Assembly (NCBI GenBank): GCA_027482685.1
Contig: JAIXVU010000009.1
Span: forward strand, 14,866-78,865
From: a bacterium
Lineage (GTDB): Bacteria; Patescibacteriota; Minisyncoccia; Phycocordibacterales; UBA5272
Direction of reading: 5' to 3'
DNA length: 64,000 nucleotides
Shown here: piece by piece, positions 56,891 through 64,000 of the stretch
How positions within the stretch are numbered: the stretch's first letter is position 1
Layout: each line of letters begins with the position of its first letter
The notes under the pieces: generated by a model
Told to the model about the DNA's origin: nothing
What the model saw: only the letters and a program-made list of their open reading frames with translations
Databases searched by the model: none
Program-made: the position numbers and the translations under genes

Positions 56891-57356
56891 GTCTACTGTA
56901 CGTAGTTTGCTTACTTATAGAGTTTGCGAATTTGGCGATCTTCTTTGTCAAAGCTATTAATTTTATCATCACCGTACTGTATGTACGACTTTTCAAAAAT
57001 AGATGCTTTTCCTTGAAGCTCATCCAAATTCGCAAACTCTATGTTTTGCATGTATCGTCTAAAGCAAACGAAAGTGATACATGTATAGCATAATTACTTC
57101 GAACTAGTTGCTATGCAACACCTAGTTCTACATCTACTGTTATATTGCCCGCAGTCTATCCGTAGATACGAGAGAGAGGGACACCAGATCGGCCAGTATT
57201 TAGGCGAATGCTGGAACTAGACCTGCCATGTATGGCGAAGGAATAGCCTTACCAGTTGTTTTTGCAACATGGGCTCTCGAAAGGGTACGAGTTCTCGAGA
57301 AGTCTCGGTACAGCACATAGATCATATTCTTAGTATCGAAGCCAAAGATCACCCCC
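56843..57356 (-). ncRNA. ssrA: tmRNA (ssrA), unusually long at ~514 nt; CCA not encoded
   Basis: The 5' end GGGGGUGAUCUUUGGCUUCGA is consensus-like. The 3' tRNA-like domain is GGCGG-UUCGAUU-CCGCC followed by CACCUCC-A, and the acceptor has a G3:U wobble. It lies immediately downstream of smpB on the same strand. A candidate tag ORF GCA...GCAUUCGCCUAA would end in ...PAFA*. Confidence 0.65.
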
Positions 57357-57463
57357 CTAAAAATTGCGTAGCAATTTTGAAGTAGTATATAGAACGTAGC
57401 TAGGGAAGTTCCTCATCGTTGATAGCGCACTCCGTACTACCTACTGCATGCTACATACTACTT

Positions 57464-57952
57464 TTACCCCCTCATCTCCCTGCGTGCGATATCTTTCTTG
57501 ATATCTTCACGTTTGTCGCGGGCGTCTTTTTTCTTACAGACCGCGACATCACATTTGATGAGGTTATGTTTAACATACAATGACTGAGGGTGTAATGTCA
57601 AGGTCTTGGACTGTTCGTTTGCAGCGAGGGTATGTAACTCCTCTTTTTTCATTAGTAGTTTTCTTGTGCGATAGGGGTCGTAGGATTTGTCGGTATTCTT
57701 TGCTTGATAGGGTGGAATATACGACCCAACAAGAAAGGCCTCCCCGCCACGCACGATAACTTTTGCACCATCAAGTGACCCAAGCTTCTGGCGCAGGGAT
57801 TTTACTTCAAAACCATAGAGCTCAATGCCAGCATCATAGGTATCTATGGTTACATACGTGAGGTGGAGTTTACGATTATCTACTAACTTCATGAGAGACA
57901 TTCTAACATCTTTCTTTGCATTTTTCTTAATTGATATCATCTGCATAGTCAT
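57464..57952 (-). CDS. smpB: SsrA-binding protein SmpB
   Basis: GIELYGFEVKSLR and the lysine-rich C-terminal tail match SmpB. Confidence 0.85.
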   Translation of the reverse strand: MTMQMISIKKNAKKDVRMSLMKLVDNRKLHLTYVTIDTYDAGIELYGFEVKSLRQKLGSLDGAKVIVRGGEAFLVGSYIPPYQAKNTDKSYDPYRTRKLLMKKEELHTLAANEQSKTLTLHPQSLYVKHNLIKCDVAVCKKKDARDKREDIKKDIARREMRG

Positions 57953-57970
57953 TTGTGATAGAATGAAACT

Positions 57971-59911
57971 ATGGCAAAAATGAAACTACAATCACTGAAA
58001 TTATCACGAAAAAATAAAGGAAATGGGAAGTCTGGTGACAAAAATGGAGGCAAAGGATCGGATTCTCCAAAAGTTATGAGCTTCTCTCAACAGCTTATGT
58101 GGGCGTTTGTTATTTTTCTCTTCCTTGTGTGGGGATATTCTCTTGTTGGTCAATCAAGTAAAGCAACGGTGATACCGCTTTCGCAGTTTTCTTCATTTGT
58201 CAAAGAAGGGCAGATACAGACGATAACGGTAGAAGGTGATACGCTAACTGGTACAAAAAGTGATAGTAGTCTTGTAAAGGCGAAAAAAGAAAGTAGCGCA
58301 TCAGTGTTAGACACACTCTCTGCATATGGAATATCTACTAGCACGCTTGCTTCTACTACGATAACGGTAGAGACTGCACGTGGGTTATCATTCTGGGGAT
58401 CACTTATACCGATAATTCTCCCGATACTATTCCTAGCATTCATGATCTGGTGGCTTGGACGTGGTATTAAAGGTGCCAACATGCAGGCGTTATCGTTTGG
58501 TCAGTCTCGCGCAAAAGTTATCAATCCAGATGATGCAAAAGAAAAAATACTTTTCAAAGATGTAGCTGGTGCAAAAGAAGCAAAAGAAGAGCTACTTGAG
58601 ATAGTAGAGTTTCTCCGTGCTCCGAAGAAGTTCTTAGACATTGGAGCGCAGATTCCAAAAGGAGTGCTCTTAATGGGAGCCCCAGGAACAGGAAAGACAA
58701 TGCTCGCAAGAGCAGTAGCCGGAGAAGCGGGTGTGCCATTTTTCCATCTCTCAGGATCAGAGTTTGAGGAGATGTTCGTAGGAGTGGGAGCATCCCGCGT
58801 ACGTGATCTCTTTGATATGGCGAAGAAAGCAGCACCAGCTATTATCTTCATTGACGAAATAGATGCAGTAGGACGAGCACGAAGTGCTAACATTGGTGGG
58901 CAGGGTGAAGGTCGTGAGCAGACGCTTAACCAGATACTAGTTGAGATGGATGGATTTGAACCAACACAGAACCTTATCGTGATGGCAGCAACGAATAGAC
59001 CTGATGTGCTTGACCAAGCGCTACTTCGACCGGGGCGATTCGATAGGCGGGTGACACTTGATCTTCCGGATAGGGGAGACAGAGAGGCGATACTTACAGT
59101 ACACACCAAGAACAAGCCACTTGGCGAGGATGTTAATCTCAGTGTGATTGCAGAACGTACTCCAGGGTTCTCAGGTGCTGATCTCTCATCTCTTATGAAC
59201 GAAGGAGCTATTCTTGCAGCTCGTGAAGGACGTACTTCAGTTGCGCAGTATGACCTCATTCGTTCTATCGAAAAAGTAATGCTTGGTCCTGAGCGTAAGA
59301 GTCATGTATTATCTCCAAAAGAAAAGAAACTAACTGCATACCATGAAGCGGGGCATGCACTCGTTGCATCATGCTTACCGGATGCTGACCCGGTGCATAA
59401 GATATCTATCATCGCACGCGGACGAGCTGGTGGTTATACGCTTAAACTTCCACTAGATGAGAGACGTCTCATGAGTCGGGCAACATTTCTTGATGACATT
59501 GCAATGTCACTCGGTGGATATGTTGCAGAAAAAGAAATCTTCGGGGATATTACCACTGGTCCATCAAATGATCTACAGGTTGCAACACGTATGGCGCGCG
59601 ATATGGTGACAAAGTACGGTATGAGTACACTTGGTCCTGTTGCTCTTGAGTCAGATGGTCAAGCAATGTTCGGACGTGGTATGTACGATAAAGGATATAG
59701 TGAAGCGTTCAGTGAAAAGATAGACTCTGAAGTGAAGCGTATTATGGATGAAGCATGGCAGAGAGCGCGCACTATCATCATAGATAAACGAATTGCGCTA
59801 ACAGCAATTGCTGAAGAGCTTATACGTGTAGAAAATATTGAACGTGATGAGTTTGAAAAATTATTAATCTTGCACGGTATACAACCAAAGAGAAAAGAAG
59901 AAATTGTATAA
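57971..59911 (+). CDS. ftsH: ATP-dependent zinc metalloprotease FtsH
   Basis: The AAA+ Walker A GAPGTGKT, the SRH region, and the HEAGHAL zinc motif are present. A terminator follows at 59917-59950. Confidence 0.95.
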   Translation: MAKMKLQSLKLSRKNKGNGKSGDKNGGKGSDSPKVMSFSQQLMWAFVIFLFLVWGYSLVGQSSKATVIPLSQFSSFVKEGQIQTITVEGDTLTGTKSDSSLVKAKKESSASVLDTLSAYGISTSTLASTTITVETARGLSFWGSLIPIILPILFLAFMIWWLGRGIKGANMQALSFGQSRAKVINPDDAKEKILFKDVAGAKEAKEELLEIVEFLRAPKKFLDIGAQIPKGVLLMGAPGTGKTMLARAVAGEAGVPFFHLSGSEFEEMFVGVGASRVRDLFDMAKKAAPAIIFIDEIDAVGRARSANIGGQGEGREQTLNQILVEMDGFEPTQNLIVMAATNRPDVLDQALLRPGRFDRRVTLDLPDRGDREAILTVHTKNKPLGEDVNLSVIAERTPGFSGADLSSLMNEGAILAAREGRTSVAQYDLIRSIEKVMLGPERKSHVLSPKEKKLTAYHEAGHALVASCLPDADPVHKISIIARGRAGGYTLKLPLDERRLMSRATFLDDIAMSLGGYVAEKEIFGDITTGPSNDLQVATRMARDMVTKYGMSTLGPVALESDGQAMFGRGMYDKGYSEAFSEKIDSEVKRIMDEAWQRARTIIIDKRIALTAIAEELIRVENIERDEFEKLLILHGIQPKRKEEIV

Positions 59912-60406
59912 AAAGAAAAGGCCGCTCCACAAGGGGGCGGTCTTTTGTACAACAAGGGTGCAGACTACGCTGTCATCTTGTGTGACACGAGTCCAGCCAT
60001 GGCTTTTCCAGCAACTTCTGTTTGACGGTTGTCAATTAAGCGGAGAGCAACCGACAACTGGGCAGCGTGGTGATTTGATCTCCCGTGACACGATGTAGTC
60101 ATCGGCGCTTCAGAGGACGGACAGTCACCGCGACCGATTTTCTTGGCGCAGCGACTGTGACCAGGGACTTCGTTACAGAGGTGGATCCTTCTGCTAAAGG
60201 GGACATCTTCGTCTGAAGATAGCATGTTGGTGGTCCTTTCAATGTTAGTCTTTGTATGAGATCTACAAGGTATAGTACTATAGTACCTTGTAATTATATA
60301 TGCTAACACTTTTTATAAACTTGTAAATAATACATATTCAGGCTCTTATTTATGTTAAGTGGTAGTCTTGTTGTAAGAGGTATATTAGTAAATTAGTATT
60401 ATACTT

Positions 60407-61441
60407 GTGCGTATGTATATTATAAACAAATATGTCGACTGGGCATGTGTCGGCGGTATATCAATTCTGTTGTATATAGGTATCTGGGTAGCTGATATTA
60501 ATTTACACGACTACAACATCGCCCTCATTGCACTTATTCTCGCGAGTTTCATTAATAATCCACACTTCATTGCGTCGTATGGATTACTCTATGTCGATGA
60601 GCGTAAGAAACTATTCACAAGTGCGTATCATTTCTTTTCTGGGATAATTATTCCGGCTTTACTCATTGTAACTATTATATACGCACTCATTACAAAGAAC
60701 ATATATACAATCGGACTATTAGTTAATGCAATGTTTTTCTTTGTTGGGTTTCACTATGTGAGGCAGGTTTATGGTATCAGTCTCATCTCTCTTGCTAAGG
60801 CTCGTATCTATCTACCGCAATGGATTAAATATACGCTTAGTATCTCACTTATTCCTGCGTGGCTAGTTTCGTATTTAAATGGAGCATCCGCTATCTTTAG
60901 CAACAATACCCTTGTAGCACCCTCATATACTTTTTATAGTATTCCATACACTATGCCTGGGTTGGATCCAATTTTTAAAAATATCAATACACCGCTTTTC
61001 TTTATTGCGGTTGCTGTATGGGTTATGACTGTACTATATGTTATGGTCCGGTATAAGCAAATACCAGTAACATTTATTATTGCCTTTGTGAGTATTTCGT
61101 TATGGCATTATCCATTATTTTATAATTCAGGATACTTGTATCTTATTCCGCTATTTCACTCCTTACAGTATTTACTCATAGTTGGAGCAGTCAAGCGAAA
61201 TCAATTACAAATTACTCTTGGGTGGAAAAAATTTGTTCAGTATGTATTTAACATTTCTGCATTTGCATATTTATTCTTTTATATACTCCCTGAAGGTCTA
61301 GATAAATATATACCGTATGATAAGGCTGTGTTTGGGTCTACACTCTTTGTTGCTGTCTTTTTATTATTCATTAACATCCACCATTATTTTATTGATGCTG
61401 CTATTTGGAGGAAGGGAAGTGATATAGCAAAACTGGTATAA
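60407..61441 (+). CDS. Polytopic membrane protein of unknown function
   Basis: 344-aa ORF with ~10 TM helices. Confidence 0.45.
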   Translation: MRMYIINKYVDWACVGGISILLYIGIWVADINLHDYNIALIALILASFINNPHFIASYGLLYVDERKKLFTSAYHFFSGIIIPALLIVTIIYALITKNIYTIGLLVNAMFFFVGFHYVRQVYGISLISLAKARIYLPQWIKYTLSISLIPAWLVSYLNGASAIFSNNTLVAPSYTFYSIPYTMPGLDPIFKNINTPLFFIAVAVWVMTVLYVMVRYKQIPVTFIIAFVSISLWHYPLFYNSGYLYLIPLFHSLQYLLIVGAVKRNQLQITLGWKKFVQYVFNISAFAYLFFYILPEGLDKYIPYDKAVFGSTLFVAVFLLFINIHHYFIDAAIWRKGSDIAKLV

Positions 61442-61652
61442 ATTCTATATTTTTACTTGGAGTATCTATCTTAGTCAAAAAACTAATGAAAATTTGTTAT
61501 TGTGTAGTACAGCAGTACCTTAGTGTATGCATTTTGGTAACTTATTTACCTAATGCTCTATATTTGGTATAGTTGACGGTACTATGCACTGCACGATTGC
61601 GTCGGTATAGTTATCGTCTTATCTTGACGAATAAGCACATTGTCAGCAAAGT

Positions 61653-61725
61653 GCATCCATAGCTCAGTTGGTAGAGCCGTCGTCTTATACACGACTGGTC
61701 CCTGGTTCGAGTCCAGGTGGATGCA
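61653..61725 (+). tRNA. tRNA-Ile(UAU); CCA not encoded
   Basis: The acceptor GCATCCA pairs with TGGATGC. The D-arm is TAGCTCAGTTGGTAGAGC. The anticodon stem GTCGT/ACGAC carries loop CTTATAC, giving anticodon TAT. The T-loop is TTCGAGT. Confidence 0.7.
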
Positions 61726-61822
61726 CTTTGGGGATAAGGTGCAGATGAAATCAAAACATGATTTAGTGGACATGCTCTTGTTCCTGATTGCTCGTGTAGA
61801 TGAGAATATGTAACCAGTTAGA

Positions 61823-64000
61823 TTACTCCATATGCACACTTAGACGCTTTTCTATATGTGATGCAAGAAGAGGGTGATCGGTAAGGTGTGGATCACTATC
61901 AAGTAGTGTCTTTGCTTCGTCGCGGGCTATTTCTACTAGCTTCGGGTTCTTGATTGCCTCCATAGCGAGATCACTTATTCCCCACTGTTTACCGTCCATG
62001 AGAGCTCCTATACCACGAGCTTTCATATCAAGTTCTGCAAGCTCAAAGCCGTTTTTTGCTTCAACAAGTGACTTGAGACGGGAAGCTGTTATCTCACCTT
62101 TACTCTCAGTAAAGAGGTAACAATATGATTGGTATTCGCGTCTACCGACACGACCTCGCAGCTGGTGGAGTTGTGCTAGTCCGAAGCGATCAGCATGTTC
62201 TATAACGATAACTGTAGCGTTAGGTACATTGATACCAACTTCAACAACTGAAGTGGCGACTAGAATGTCAGATTTTTTATCTAAGAAATCTTGCATCACT
62301 TCTTCTTTTTCTTCTTTCTTCATCTTGCTATGAAGAATATCAACGATAAACTCGGGGTAGATAACATTCGCGAGCCTCTCTGCTTCTTCATGGACACTTT
62401 TTAGTATTCGCTTCTGTTTCTCTTCTTCATCTTGCTCATCAATACGCGGACATATAACATACACCTGACGACCAGCGCGTAGCTCCTCACGAATTTTGTC
62501 ATAGGTTATTGTTCGTTTAGATGAGGGGATTATTTCTGTGATGATTTTTTTGCGTTCCATCGGCATTGCATCAATTACTGTGAGATCAAGGTCACCAAAT
62601 ATTGTAAGAGCAAGTGTACGAGGTATCGGTGTTGCTGTCATAGAGAGCAGGTGAGGGAGTGTTTTGGTCAATGCGTTTTTATTTTGCGCTAATGCTTTAC
62701 GTTGTTTGACTCCGAAGCGATGCTGTTCGTCTATGATAACAAGTGCAAGTGTTGCAAACTGTACAGACTTTTGGATAAGAGCATGAGTACCTACTACGAT
62801 AGACACGCGTCCGTCAGCAAGCCATGTGAGAAGTTGCTTACGAGAAGTATCTGTTGCTTCATCAGTAGAACTTTTGCTTGGAAACTTTTTACACCCACTA
62901 CTTGTGAGAAGTCCTATCTCAATACTCGTATTTTTAAAATAGTTACAGAAGCTTTCGAAGTGTTGCTTTGCCAGAATTTCTGTAGGTGCCATATAGGCTA
63001 TCTGATAGTGACGCTTCTCTTTATCTGATGATGAGTTAATAACAGCGTGTGCGACAACCGCTGCAACGAATGTTTTACCACTTCCAACATCTCCTTCAAG
63101 CAAGCGGCCCATAGGCTCAGACCGTGCCATATCGGTTAAGATAGAGTCTATGGCGTGAAGCTGGGATTCTGTTGGAGTAAAGGGAAATGTGGCAATAAAC
63201 TGCTCTGTTGTTTTTTTTGGTGTCACGATTGTATGCGCTAGGGAGTGTTTCGCCTCTACTTTTTCTCTGTATTGCTTAAGCTGTAGATAAAAGATTTCTT
63301 CAAACGCGAAACGTTTACGAGCTGCAATTGTAAGAGATTCATTTTTAGGAAAGTGAATATAGAGAAGCGCATCGCGAAGCGTTGGTAAGTAGAGTTTTTT
63401 GAGAATAGTCTCTGGTATCGGATCAGCAACATCATCAAGCACATTACTTGCAACTATTTTTTTAAGTAATGTATAGAGGTAGTTAGAGCTAACACCTTTA
63501 GTCTCTCTGTAGACGGGGGTAAGAAATGTAACATCGTCATTTGAGCTATCACTTTTCTGGAATAAACTCTCAGCGTTTTCAGGAATAACAGAAGATGCCC
63601 GTTCAATAGATGGGTTAGAGAGAAGGAAACCGCGACTATCTTCTTGTACAATGCCTGCAACTTTTACTTTTGTACCATCAGGGTACATTTTACCTATGTA
63701 GGCTTGGTTGAACCATACACATCTAATGGTGCCTGTGTTATCTGCGATACGAGCTTCTGTCATAGGTATATGACCTTTGAAGCTTCGACGAACAGCAACC
63801 TTTTCCATAACACCATAGATAGTAATAGGTTGACCTACAGACACCTGGCCTGACCCTACAATGTCACGTAAGTCACTGTATCGTACAGGGAAGTGAAAGA
63901 GGATATCTTGGATGGTTACGAGATTTAGTTTTTGTAAACCATCTTTATGTATCTCAGTTAATCTATTGATAGAACTAAGTGGTGTAGTGAGAGTAAGTCG
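61823..64000 (-). CDS. recG: ATP-dependent DNA helicase RecG (N-terminus beyond the window end)
   Basis: The wedge/OB domain, helicase motif I GDVGSGKT, a DEQH-type motif II (IDEQH), and motif VI QLRGRVGR are present. The frame stays open upstream of the listed GTG through position 64000 (..LQKLNLVTIQDILFHFPVRYSD..). Confidence 0.8.
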   Translation of the reverse strand, partial: RLTLTTPLSSINRLTEIHKDGLQKLNLVTIQDILFHFPVRYSDLRDIVGSGQVSVGQPITIYGVMEKVAVRRSFKGHIPMTEARIADNTGTIRCVWFNQAYIGKMYPDGTKVKVAGIVQEDSRGFLLSNPSIERASSVIPENAESLFQKSDSSNDDVTFLTPVYRETKGVSSNYLYTLLKKIVASNVLDDVADPIPETILKKLYLPTLRDALLYIHFPKNESLTIAARKRFAFEEIFYLQLKQYREKVEAKHSLAHTIVTPKKTTEQFIATFPFTPTESQLHAIDSILTDMARSEPMGRLLEGDVGSGKTFVAAVVAHAVINSSSDKEKRHYQIAYMAPTEILAKQHFESFCNYFKNTSIEIGLLTSSGCKKFPSKSSTDEATDTSRKQLLTWLADGRVSIVVGTHALIQKSVQFATLALVIIDEQHRFGVKQRKALAQNKNALTKTLPHLLSMTATPIPRTLALTIFGDLDLTVIDAMPMERKKIITEIIPSSKRTITYDKIREELRAGRQVYVICPRIDEQDEEEKQKRILKSVHEEAERLANVIYPEFIVDILHSKMKKEEKEEVMQDFLDKKSDILVATSVVEVGINVPNATVIVIEHADRFGLAQLHQLRGRVGRREYQSYCYLFTESKGEITASRLKSLVEAKNGFELAELDMKARGIGALMDGKQWGISDLAMEAIKNPKLVEIARDEAKTLLDSDPHLTDHPLLASHIEKRLSVHME

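Noticed and set aside
58501-59259. 252-aa minus-strand ORF
   Set aside because: It lies entirely antisense within ftsH, in a locally GC-rich stretch; it is Ala/Ser/Arg-rich low-complexity sequence typical of antisense artefacts.
59950-60240. Tested the GC-rich segment by eye against RNase P RNA (GGAAAGUCCGG / ACAGAAnCCGGCUUA) and SRP RNA (GGAAGCAGCC domain IV) consensus
   Set aside because: The partial AGUCC/GGACU and GCUGGAAAAGC resemblances are in the wrong order and spacing for either RNA, so the element is reported as unassigned rather than named.
61582-61839. 85-aa minus-strand ORF
   Set aside because: It overlaps tRNA-Ile and the intergenic region before recG; no coding signal.
1-64000. 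CRISPR arrays, rRNA genes, transposase or IS elements
   Set aside because: There are no regularly spaced direct repeats with unique spacers, no rRNA-like conserved blocks, and no DDE/transposase-like ORFs. The only recombinase is the large serine recombinase at 55187-56890.

Overview
This window reads as a reduced, AT-rich (~40% GC) bacterial genome, probably Patescibacteria/CPR-like. It contains five tRNAs: a partial tRNA-Arg(TCT) at the window start, tRNA-Leu(GAG), tRNA-His(GTG), tRNA-Ile(UAU), and a tmRNA (ssrA) with smpB beside it. The core genes are rluA-family, rplS, secE-nusG-rplK, argS, ileS (behind an Ile T-box leader), metG, tatD, rpsF-ssb-rpsR, ndk, infC-rpmI-rplT, ftsH and recG (3' partial).

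The main candidate system is a ~9.9 kb integrated element in the 3' end of ssrA, at 46921-56890. It encodes a large serine recombinase whose stop codon overlaps the ssrA 3' end antisense, an SF3/D5-like helicase, and a LexA/CI-like repressor set divergently against a sigma70-like promoter with a palindromic operator. It also carries an M23 peptidase and a three-gene cargo operon of unknown function. A 17-nt exact inverted copy of the ssrA terminus, next to a perfect 22-bp hairpin, marks the far end.

Other points of interest:
- IleRS carries a ~190-aa histidine-phosphatase (PGAM-like) domain inserted in its catalytic core.
- A GC-rich dCTP-deaminase-like/dut/folA/thyA/tmk dTTP module sits directly after rplK where rplA-rplJ-rplL normally follow; rplA is not in this window.
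- A five-copy ~85-nt hairpin repeat family with compensatory stem changes follows housekeeping genes.
- A 17-nt direct repeat of the tRNA-His 3' end, plus long palindromes, borders a cluster of Cys-rich and collagen-like secreted proteins.
- A poly-A tract appears to cause a frameshift at the start of a surface protein.
- An unexplained 290-nt GC-rich element follows ftsH.
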